A stretch of 51,974 bases of DNA from a virus (Duplodnaviria; Caudoviricetes), in the IMG/VR virus record IMGVR_UViG_3300031473_000132, positions 1-51,974 of that record; one strand, 5' to 3'. Below, piece by piece: positions 35,043 to 42,685 of this stretch. Within the stretch, counting starts at the first letter, position 1; every line of letters starts with the position of its first letter. Below the pieces are notes generated by a model. The model did no database searches, was not told the origin of the DNA, and saw only the letters and a list, made by a program, of their open reading frames with translations. The translations under genes and the position numbers were made by a program.

Positions 35043-35537
35043 ATGGGGTTGTTCGGCAAGAAGAAGACAAAAAGCGATCGTGAAATATACCTAGAATCAC
35101 TCTCGAAAACATATCAGAAAATTCTGCATAAAGATGCCATACTGGAAACGGTAAACAACTTGATGCCTGGAGAATCAATCGTGATTGTGATTCAGGGATT
35201 GTGGGATTCAGCGATCATTGCCACAGAGCATCGAGTGTTCATCTACAAACGCGGCATGATGGGAGGGGCCATGGGTGGTTCCAAGCTCATTACGTGGGAC
35301 ATGGACGTTATCCATGGAGTGCAAATGGAGTTCGGCAAGAATACCGGCTTCATATCATTACAAACGCCGAATGCAACAGTAGCTGATATGAGTTACTGGG
35401 CGACCGATGCCACATCGCCGCAAAAAGCGCCCAACGCAATCGCGATCAACAAGCCGCTCAAGAATCAAGCAAATATCGGTGTCATTCAACTCCGGACGCT
35501 TCTCTTTCAGCGAAAGCATATAAGCACTTCCGATTGA
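35043..35537 (+). CDS. Moron-like gene encoding a bacterial PH-domain-like protein
   Basis: Lower GC, opposite strand; AIIATEHRVFIYKRG..IHGVQMEFGKNTGFISL. Confidence 0.7.
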   Translation: MGLFGKKKTKSDREIYLESLSKTYQKILHKDAILETVNNLMPGESIVIVIQGLWDSAIIATEHRVFIYKRGMMGGAMGGSKLITWDMDVIHGVQMEFGKNTGFISLQTPNATVADMSYWATDATSPQKAPNAIAINKPLKNQANIGVIQLRTLLFQRKHISTSD

Positions 35538-35607
35538 AGGTAGGCCTTCGACGCGGGAATGACCCCGCATCGATCTCTTCCAATACTTATCCCGGCTCAA
35601 TCCCTTT

Positions 35608-35955
35608 CTACAACAGCGCCGTGGGCAAGTGCGACAACGCTTCGGACGCTGGCAACGTCACGTCACCAGGCGCATCCTCATCGACGTCGAACAACAATTG
35701 GAACATCGTGTACTTCGGCACCTGAATCACCGTGCTGCCCTTCGGCGGCGCCTTCGGCATCGAAACGACCTTGTCCACCAGTTCGTCGCGACGATTCTCG
35801 ATCACCCGCGCCAGCGACATCACCGCCCGGTCGAAATCGTAGGCCGTCGTGGGCGAATAGCCGTTCGCCTCAAGTCGCATCCGGTCGGACGGCATCTGTC
35901 CGTACCGCTGACAGAGCTGGTCGAGGTCCCACACTTCGAGCCGGTTGCTCAGGAA
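35608..35955 (-). CDS. Tail assembly chaperone C-terminal extension (frameshift product)
   Basis: FLSNRLEVWDLDQLCQRYGQMPSD..AYDFDRAV in +1 frame of the upstream chaperone. Confidence 0.6.
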   Translation of the reverse strand, partial: FLSNRLEVWDLDQLCQRYGQMPSDRMRLEANGYSPTTAYDFDRAVMSLARVIENRRDELVDKVVSMPKAPPKGSTVIQVPKYTMFQLLFDVDEDAPGDVTLPASEALSHLPTALL

Positions 35956-36418
35956 ACGTGGCAAACTGCTTCGCCTCCACGCCACTCGTGCCGAAGCTGC
36001 GCAGCATGTATTCCCGGCGATCCCGCGAATCGACCTCATCGACACTGATCTGCGTGTCCTCATTCGTGACCACGTCCACGACCTGCGGTTCGATCCAGCC
36101 GAGCTTCACCAGCGCGATCCCGATCTCGTATTCGCGGTTCAGGACCTCGTCACCGGGCAGACCGGCGAACGGGTTGGCCTCATCGTCCAGCTCTTCGGAG
36201 GGCTTGCCGCGCAACGTCGCGCTTGCCGCAATCGACTTGTAGATCATCTGCTGGAGTTCGGACGGGAATGTGCCAATGATCGCGTGGTCGGTGATGTCGA
36301 GATCTCGGACACGCACGACCGCACCGCTCGGCGCCTCCCACTCCGTTCCGGCGTTGCGTCGCTGGCGGTAGGCGCTGGCGGTGCTGATCTGTCGTGGCTC
36401 CTGGGTCTTGACTGGCAT
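35870..36418 (-). CDS. Tail assembly chaperone
   Basis: Between major tail and tape measure; PSGAVVRVR and WIEPQV motifs. Confidence 0.7.
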   Translation of the reverse strand: MPVKTQEPRQISTASAYRQRRNAGTEWEAPSGAVVRVRDLDITDHAIIGTFPSELQQMIYKSIAASATLRGKPSEELDDEANPFAGLPGDEVLNREYEIGIALVKLGWIEPQVVDVVTNEDTQISVDEVDSRDRREYMLRSFGTSGVEAKQFATFPEQPARSVGPRPALSAVRTDAVRPDAT

Positions 36419-36478
36419 GAAAGGGTTCCCCTCTGCGCTCGTCGCGCTCTGGAGTAAAGGCAAACGGTCAATCACTCG

Positions 36479-37009
36479 TTAGATGAGCGTGGTCCAGGTT
36501 GCGTACGCCTCATAGGTGTACAGCTCCTTGGTCGTGTCGGCCGGGATCGCCTTGGCGCTCACGCTGAACTCGGCGAACTCGTTGTCCTTGAAACCGAAGT
36601 CCGGTCCGCCCTGCCACGCCACTTTGGGATAGGTGATCCGGGCCGCGCCGCCATCGCTGTCCTTCGTGCGGGTCTGGCCCACGAGCTTGTAATAAGCCAC
36701 GACGTCGTCGCTCTTGCGTACCAGTTTGGTGACGGCGGTCGTGCCGGTCCCCGCAGTGGAGACGGTACCTCCGGCACTCGCGGCAAGTGACACCGGGGTA
36801 TAGGCACCCAGGATGATCGTGAGGTCGAGCGAGTTGAATGTCGCGGCCGAGGCGATCACGCTATCGTCACCCCGGTTCTCGATCGTATCGATATTGGCGC
36901 TCTGTTCGATGGATTTGACGGCGACAATGTCCACGAGTGATCCGGCGACGCCTGCGACGTACGGATAGGCCGCCGCGTCCTGCAAGCTAAATGGTTGTGT
37001 TCCTGGCAT
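36479..37009 (-). CDS. Major tail (tube) protein
   Basis: 176 aa, ENRGDD motif, synteny; GGAGG RBS. Confidence 0.75.
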   Translation of the reverse strand: MPGTQPFSLQDAAAYPYVAGVAGSLVDIVAVKSIEQSANIDTIENRGDDSVIASAATFNSLDLTIILGAYTPVSLAASAGGTVSTAGTGTTAVTKLVRKSDDVVAYYKLVGQTRTKDSDGGAARITYPKVAWQGGPDFGFKDNEFAEFSVSAKAIPADTTKELYTYEAYATWTTLI

Positions 37010-37232
37010 GTGCGTGTTCCTCCGGCCCTGCGGCCTGTACTGGTATGGATTCCTGTGCGGCGCGGGTCACGAACGAGCCCGTCGCCAGATCGAAGACGTG
37101 GATCACCGCCTCTCCTTCGGCGGTGCGACAGAACCGATCCGCGCACCGCACTTCGAGCATGCCCGTCGCCTCGACCGCCCACCCCCACGTATTGCCGGGA
37201 CAGCGGAGCGGCTTGTAGCGACGACCGCTCAC
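36987..37232 (-). CDS. Small Cys-containing protein, weakly Com-like
   Basis: PLRCPG..MLEVRCADRFC. Confidence 0.5.
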   Translation of the reverse strand: MSGRRYKPLRCPGNTWGWAVEATGMLEVRCADRFCRTAEGEAVIHVFDLATGSFVTRAAQESIPVQAAGPEEHAHARNTTI

Positions 37233-37615
37233 ACCCGCACCACGAGGATGTCGTCATATACGCGAAACGCCTGTCGGTGTACCGGATGCATCCGCATCAG
37301 CACCTCGATGTCGTGCGACTCCATCTCGACCTCGAAGACGAACGGCCCGAAGACGTACGTACGGCTGAGACCATGTTCCGGTCCGAGCGTCAGTTGCGTC
37401 CGGCCTGGTACGCGCGCGAACCCCTGCATCTGGCGCTTGCGTTCCTGGTCCGTCAATTCCCGCCGCAACAGGGCCCGTTCGCGCAAATCCTGCTTGCGTT
37501 GCTCGCCAGATGACCGTATCGAGGCGGCGAGCATCTTCTGCACGTCGGGATAGGCATATGGTGAAAGCAGTCCAAGGAACTCGACACGTCGAATGCTTGT
37601 CGCGACAGCGTCCAC
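37229..37615 (-). CDS. Hypothetical tail-region protein
   Basis: GTG37615 just after upstream stop; GTGA overlap downstream. Confidence 0.6.
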   Translation of the reverse strand: MDAVATSIRRVEFLGLLSPYAYPDVQKMLAASIRSSGEQRKQDLRERALLRRELTDQERKRQMQGFARVPGRTQLTLGPEHGLSRTYVFGPFVFEVEMESHDIEVLMRMHPVHRQAFRVYDDILVVRV

Positions 37616-37616
37616 G

Positions 37617-37787
37617 CTACTTGCCCGTGCTCTTCGGATCGGTCTTCGGAGCGGGCTTCGACTCGTCGTCGGCGGTCTGGTACGGTTCCGGATCGCCGAA
37701 GTTGACACTCACCCCGGACGGCAACGGCGTGCCGTTCTTCAGCGCTTCCTCGACCTGCTTCTTCACTGCGTCACTGAGCTTCGCCAT
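37617..37787 (-). CDS. Small hypothetical protein (MAKLSDAVKK...)
   Basis: AGGAGG RBS. Confidence 0.65.
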   Translation of the reverse strand: MAKLSDAVKKQVEEALKNGTPLPSGVSVNFGDPEPYQTADDESKPAPKTDPKSTGK

Positions 37788-37788
37788 G

Positions 37789-38262
37789 TCACTGGCCTCC
37801 TGCGATATGCCGCACCGTTTGGACGCGGTAGCGGCGAAAGGTATTCCAGACATCACCGGGCAGTTCATCCGCTCTCAACGGCCGGGCCCGGTAGCCGGTC
37901 GCCGCGATGTCCGCGTTGCCGATCTGCACACCGTGCAGCAGTTCCATCACCCGCTGGTCGGCGGGGTCGAACGTCGCGGCCATCTGTGCACGTTCCGCGT
38001 AGAAGTAGCATTCCGGCCACAGGTCGGAATCGAGCCGCCGTTCGGGATTTCGGCCCACCGGCGAGTCAACTTCCTGCGGCTCGAGAAGAACGATTGTGGG
38101 TTTGAGCCGCTTGACGCCCGTCACCGGATTGGGCTGCCATGCCGCGCCCGTCACCGGATCGGTTGGCGAGAGCGGCTGATCGTAAATCCCGCCCACAAGG
38201 ATTGATGAAAGCAGAGCGTCTTCTCTCAAAATCCTTAGGATTTCGGAAAGAACGTAGCTCAT
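37789..38262 (-). CDS. Tail terminator-like protein
   Basis: ILRILREDALLSSILVGGIY; synteny after HK97 gp10-like gene. Confidence 0.6.
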   Translation of the reverse strand: MSYVLSEILRILREDALLSSILVGGIYDQPLSPTDPVTGAAWQPNPVTGVKRLKPTIVLLEPQEVDSPVGRNPERRLDSDLWPECYFYAERAQMAATFDPADQRVMELLHGVQIGNADIAATGYRARPLRADELPGDVWNTFRRYRVQTVRHIAGGQ

Positions 38263-38280
38263 ACCGAAATCCCGGTGGGG

Positions 38281-38357
38281 TATAATTGAGACAACGAAAA
38301 GCCGACGCGGTGGTGAGACACCCGTCGGCACGGCACATCAGTGATTGGACCACCAAC
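38281..38357 (+). promoter_or_regulatory. Nuclease-cassette leader copy E
   Basis: TATAAT..GCCGACG-C-GGTG-GTGAGA-CACC-CGTCGGC-ACGGCAC..GTGattggacCAC..ATG. Confidence 0.75.
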
Positions 38358-38963
38358 ATGCCTGCCAAGGGTACCACCGTCGTTACCAAGATCAAAAGAA
38401 CCTGTGCATTTTGTGGCGCTCCTTTCGAGATTTATCCTTCTCAGCTTCGATGGGGAGCTCGGAAGTTCTGTACTCGTAAGTGCGACAACCTTTCTCGCAT
38501 CCAGCCGCTTGAAGAGCGGTTTTGGAGCAAGGTTGACCGTAGTGGCGGTCCGAACGCTTGCTGGATGTGGATGGACCACAAATGGGGCCCGATGAGATAT
38601 GGCGGGTTCTACGTCGCCAAGCATGAGCATGTTTACGCACACCGCTTCGTCTGGGAATTGACGCATCAAGCGATCTCCGACGGTCAGTTTGTGTGCCACG
38701 TCTGCGACACCCCGGCTTGCGTGAACCCCGCACATCTCTTTCTTGGTTCCGCGAGAGACAATGTTCGAGATATGATCTCGAAGCGTCGCAATCAACACGG
38801 AGAACAACATCACAAGGCGCGTCTGACCGAGATTGATGTCATTGCCATTCGAGACATTTACGCACTGGGTAAAATGAATCAATACGAATTGGCACAACGA
38901 TTCAATGTGGGTCAACGCACAATTGGCGATATTGTGCTGCGGAAGACGTGGACGCATGTCTAA
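38358..38963 (+). CDS. Zn-finger HNH endonuclease, antisense to late operon
   Basis: CAFC..FCTRKC; RFWSKV..CWMW; AHRFVW..VCHVCDTPACVNPAHLFLGS..N; C-terminal HTH. Confidence 0.92.
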   Translation: MPAKGTTVVTKIKRTCAFCGAPFEIYPSQLRWGARKFCTRKCDNLSRIQPLEERFWSKVDRSGGPNACWMWMDHKWGPMRYGGFYVAKHEHVYAHRFVWELTHQAISDGQFVCHVCDTPACVNPAHLFLGSARDNVRDMISKRRNQHGEQHHKARLTEIDVIAIRDIYALGKMNQYELAQRFNVGQRTIGDIVLRKTWTHV

Positions 38964-38968
38964 CCCTT

Positions 38969-39325
38969 TCACCGGATCAATTGTTGCAATGACGCAAACA
39001 CGGCTGCATACGATCTTTGGAGTGCCGGAGTTATCGCCGCAAATCTCCCAGCGTTTTTGCGCTCTAGGTATATCGAGTAGGGCGCACCGCCAGAAATGAC
39101 GATGACCGCACCAACGGCGAGGCGAAATGCTCGCCCCAAAATGCTTCGACGGGCCAACCCCGTATGGTCCTGCCAAGGAGCTGACGACCGAGCGTCGTTT
39201 GCGATCCGTGACGCCCACTCGGTCGCCAGTGCGTAGACAGCGGCCAACAACCTTTTGGCGTAGCTCGTCACCCTGTCCGCCATAGATCCCGGCGACGTCT
39301 GCCACGTCACGTTTGCGCCTGGCAT
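38969..39325 (-). CDS. HK97 gp10-like tail completion protein
   Basis: APWQDHTGLARRSI..YSIYLE..FAAITPAL. Confidence 0.75.
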   Translation of the reverse strand: MPGANVTWQTSPGSMADRVTSYAKRLLAAVYALATEWASRIANDARSSAPWQDHTGLARRSILGRAFRLAVGAVIVISGGAPYSIYLERKNAGRFAAITPALQRSYAAVFASLQQLIR

Positions 39326-39690
39326 TACGACCCTCCCGTCGTCAGGCGAAACCCGGCCACCATGACACCATCAACCTCTTTGGCGCTGATCGTCACTTCT
39401 GCCGGATCTCCATCGACCATGAATAGATCACCTGCCTTTACGGTCAGCTCTTCGATGCGACCCGACAGGTCACCCTCAACGCCAATGACGTCGGTGGCCC
39501 CGCCGGTGCTGCCTTGCGGCTGTCGAGCGGCCCACTTGATGACGACCGTTACCGGCCCAACGACGACACCTTGTCGATCGAAGGCAATCAACCGTCCGTC
39601 AATGCCGAGCCGGATTTCAAGGCCCTCCGCCCGTAATCTGGGGATGGTGACGTGCATTGTCCGATCGGAGAGAATCGGTCGAGTTACCAC
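39325..39690 (-). CDS. Putative head closure protein
   Basis: Synteny; VKAGDLFMVDG. Confidence 0.55.
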   Translation of the reverse strand: MVTRPILSDRTMHVTIPRLRAEGLEIRLGIDGRLIAFDRQGVVVGPVTVVIKWAARQPQGSTGGATDVIGVEGDLSGRIEELTVKAGDLFMVDGDPAEVTISAKEVDGVMVAGFRLTTGGS

Positions 39691-40112
39691 GATCCATACT
39701 CCGATGCGATCGTTCCGGTCAGAAAGGGCATTTCGACCACCGTGATATCGCCGTAGTCACTCGCTTCGCCTGGCTGCACCGGATCAACGATCCAGGCGAC
39801 CTGCGCCTTCGCCTCACTCAGCAACGATTTCGCGTTGGCGAAGATCTGGTTCAGGCGATAGGAGTCGCCCGAGATCGAGACATCCATGTTGACCGCCAGC
39901 CGGTTCACGATCCGTTTGAGCGTGAAGTACCGGGCCAGCGGTTGCAGCCACAGGGGCGAGAGGGGATCGCTCAACACGACGAGCTGGTCCACCGCATCGA
40001 GCACCGGCCCGAGATTCGCGGGCGTATCGGTTCCCGCGATCCCGGCTTCCACCAGGAGCGTGTCGTATTCGATTGCCAGGAATCCGGTCAGTGTGGTGCG
40101 GTCGATCGCCAT
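39684..40112 (-). CDS. Putative head-tail adaptor
   Basis: Synteny; DVSISGDSYRLNQIF. Confidence 0.55.
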   Translation of the reverse strand: MAIDRTTLTGFLAIEYDTLLVEAGIAGTDTPANLGPVLDAVDQLVVLSDPLSPLWLQPLARYFTLKRIVNRLAVNMDVSISGDSYRLNQIFANAKSLLSEAKAQVAWIVDPVQPGEASDYGDITVVEMPFLTGTIASEYGSW

Positions 40113-40114
40113 CG

Positions 40115-40354
40115 CTAGTTGCCCTTCGCTTTCGTGGCGGGCTTGGCTGTGAGCGACGTATTGCCGATGACGTCAAGCACGTCAGCAATCCACTCCGCTC
40201 TTTCTGCTGATTCGCGGTTCGGGTCACGGCGGAAGACCGGGATTGGAGGAACATCGATGCCAAACCGATCAGCCAATTCAGGGATCGTTGACTCGATGCG
40301 TTCCTGGGCTTCCGCCTTCCGTCGATTCGTTCCAAGCAGGCTCGCCATATCCAT
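40115..40354 (-). CDS. Hypothetical head-region protein
   Basis: Tightly packed after capsid gene. Confidence 0.65.
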   Translation of the reverse strand: MDMASLLGTNRRKAEAQERIESTIPELADRFGIDVPPIPVFRRDPNRESAERAEWIADVLDVIGNTSLTAKPATKAKGN

Positions 40355-40360
40355 GACTTT

Positions 40361-41443
40361 CTACTTCTGGTAGACCAATGGCACGTCGTATGCACCACTG
40401 CCTTTGAGCTGGACGATGGCGACAGACAAGCGGTCAAACACGCCGTATCCAGAACGGTCGCGGAACTCACGACGATGAAGCGGATAGAACTCCTCTTCGG
40501 CTTCCAACAGGAACCCCTGAAGAGACGGAGCCGTTGGTATGCGCTTCTTAAGTGGGGGACGACCGATCACCTGACCGGTGATATAGCCCGATGGCGTCGT
40601 GCTGTCGTAAGTAAAAACGTGAACGTTGGTATCGCCGTCGACGCCAATGTAATCACCGGGGACCATCAATCCGCCCGGCTCTTGCGCCACTGATGCTGTT
40701 TGGGAGATCGATGCATCAATCGAAGCCGGGGCGTCGATGAAGTTCGGCAACTTGTCCCGAACGTCAATCAACTGAGCAGAATTGATGAAGGCCACAATTC
40801 GGCCCGACGGATACTGCATACGCAACTTGGCCCGAATCGTTGCCAGCGGGTTGTTCGTGCTGCTGATTGCACTTGAGAGGTAGTTGGAGACCACGTAGTG
40901 GTTCGCTTCAGCTTGCGACTCTGCCATTTCCAGAATTGCGCTCGCCGGATACAACGTACCGTCCTGATTGGCCAGCGCCTTGATATTCCGGTTGGTCCCC
41001 GTTTCGTTATCTTGGTGCGTCCAGTTTGCATTGTTGTACATGGCCCCAAAGATGGATCTGAGGTGCCATTTTCGATTGCCATTCACCTGTGCATCGAGCA
41101 CACGCTGGATATCACCGACCGTAAGGTATTGGAACGCCTCATGGTCCCAGCCGTGTGCCCACCCCTGGCGTATCCACGGATAGGCCACGTCGTACCCGCC
41201 TTCGGTCCGGGTCTCCAGCGCACGACCGTATCGGTCAACGGCCTGGCCTTCGTCGATTCCGTTGAGCACCACACGCTCTTCAGCTTTTGTCGTGGTTTCT
41301 GCGACAAAGAGCGATGTCGCGCGCGTTAGCTGCTCTTCATAGGCAGTGAAAATCTCTTCAATGCCGGAAAGAATATCGGCGAGCGGAATAGTCCGTGCGA
41401 GTGTTCCATCCTCTGTTCGGAGGATACCTGCGAGCAAACCCAT
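40361..41443 (-). CDS. Major capsid protein
   Basis: 360 aa; AAGGAGG RBS; follows scaffold and decoration genes. Confidence 0.75.
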   Translation of the reverse strand: MGLLAGILRTEDGTLARTIPLADILSGIEEIFTAYEEQLTRATSLFVAETTTKAEERVVLNGIDEGQAVDRYGRALETRTEGGYDVAYPWIRQGWAHGWDHEAFQYLTVGDIQRVLDAQVNGNRKWHLRSIFGAMYNNANWTHQDNETGTNRNIKALANQDGTLYPASAILEMAESQAEANHYVVSNYLSSAISSTNNPLATIRAKLRMQYPSGRIVAFINSAQLIDVRDKLPNFIDAPASIDASISQTASVAQEPGGLMVPGDYIGVDGDTNVHVFTYDSTTPSGYITGQVIGRPPLKKRIPTAPSLQGFLLEAEEEFYPLHRREFRDRSGYGVFDRLSVAIVQLKGSGAYDVPLVYQK

Positions 41444-41454
41444 CAGGAGCCTCC

Positions 41455-41895
41455 TTAAAGCGCCACTGGCACGAATGCCGGTGAAATGAAGAATCGGATG
41501 TACTTGAACCTGCCAGACCCGGTCGCGGTCTTGACCGCGCCCAACGGCACCACAACGTTCCCTGTACCGGTGGCCGCTGCGTCAGCGACCATTCCCGCCG
41601 TTGCGGAGGAGAGATACACCGTGGTGCCGTTGTCCACGGCGGAGAGGTTAAACCCCGCAAGTCGAACATCATCACCGTAGGTGACGGGCTCACCGGCATT
41701 TGCATCGTTCAGTGCGATGCCGCACGCCTTTGCCGTTGTGACTGCATTCGCCCGAGCCTTTGCGACGCGGCCATTCGTCTTTTCGTAAACTGGTTGGCCG
41801 CGGGTAACGGCTTCATCGGCAATCGCGTTGGTCGTACTCCGCTGACTGGTATCGAGGACTCGCACCTGATCCAGCGTGACTGTGAGATCTGCCAT
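41455..41895 (-). CDS. Head decoration / capsid cement protein
   Basis: ADEAVTRGQPVY..ACGIALNDANAGEPV..VYLSSATAG. Confidence 0.75.
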   Translation of the reverse strand: MADLTVTLDQVRVLDTSQRSTTNAIADEAVTRGQPVYEKTNGRVAKARANAVTTAKACGIALNDANAGEPVTYGDDVRLAGFNLSAVDNGTTVYLSSATAGMVADAAATGTGNVVVPLGAVKTATGSGRFKYIRFFISPAFVPVAL

Positions 41896-41905
41896 ACGTC
41901 TCCTC

Positions 41906-42475
41906 CTAGGAGTTCAGAATGTCATGTGCTGAAAGGGGCGACGTAACCTTGCCCCGTCTGTCACTGGGCGTCGGGTCGAACCCCGAGCCGCGCGGCTTCG
42001 GTTTGGTCGTGATATCCGCGAGACCGGCTTTGGCCTCCTTTGCCCATGCGAGCAACGCAGATGCGCTGGCGTCATTGCCGGGATGGATTCTCAGTAGCAC
42101 CTTGGCCGTGGGATCGTCCTTGAGGTCCTTGACCTGCTTGGTCACGGTCTCGACATCGGTACTGACGTACGACCGCAACGTCTCCAGTTCGGTCGTGGCG
42201 GATTCGAGATTCGTGGCGGTCTCGTTCAGGGAGGCTTCGCGCTTCTCCGCCAGTTCTTGCCACTTGCCCTGTTCCGCCTGCTTGTCCTCGTCTTCCTTGG
42301 CCTTCGCGGCCTTCAGGGTGTCGAGTTCCTTCACGGTCTCGCGTGCGATCTTTTCGGCGGCTTTGCGAGCGTCGCGCTCCTGCTCCAACGCCTTCTTGCC
42401 CGCCTCACCAAGCCCGTCGGTTTCAGATGCGACGATCTTCTCTTCGGTGGTTTCGATCGTGGTCGTGTCAGACAT
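41906..42475 (-). CDS. Capsid scaffolding protein
   Basis: LGEAGKKALEQER..AEQGKWQELAE coiled coil; AAGGAG RBS. Confidence 0.8.
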   Translation of the reverse strand: MSDTTTIETTEEKIVASETDGLGEAGKKALEQERDARKAAEKIARETVKELDTLKAAKAKEDEDKQAEQGKWQELAEKREASLNETATNLESATTELETLRSYVSTDVETVTKQVKDLKDDPTAKVLLRIHPGNDASASALLAWAKEAKAGLADITTKPKPRGSGFDPTPSDRRGKVTSPLSAHDILNS

Positions 42476-42520
42476 CGCGTCAGACTCCTTGGGCTGCGGC
42501 ATCGCGCCGGTCGGTGGACG

Positions 42521-42655
42521 ACAAAACGCCCTCTGCTGTGACCAGAGAGGGCATCGAGTGCCGTGTCCGGAAACATCAGAGGGCGAGCCAGCTAGGCGCT
42601 GGGTGGCCGTTTATTCGACTGATTACATAATACGCTTTATTCGTTCAGGTGTAAA
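42521..42655 (-). promoter_or_regulatory. Head-operon promoter with attenuator-like leader
   Basis: TTTACA-N17-TATTAT; two GCCCTCT arms competing for AGAGGGC followed by GTTTTGT. Confidence 0.65.
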
Positions 42656-42685
42656 CGCACTGCGCCAGGGAGGACGTTGCGACCG

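Larger units (their letters stand above)
38259..38972 (-). other. Stop-free bridging frame opposite the HNH gene
   Basis: GTG38972 overlaps upstream stop (GTGA); TGA overlaps ATG38262 (ATGA); 237 codons. Confidence 0.45.

Noticed and set aside
10764-38963. RNA-guided nuclease system (IscB/HEARO, TnpB, Cas)
   Set aside because: No RuvC motifs or transposon ends; leaders are under 90 nt with no variable guide-like segment
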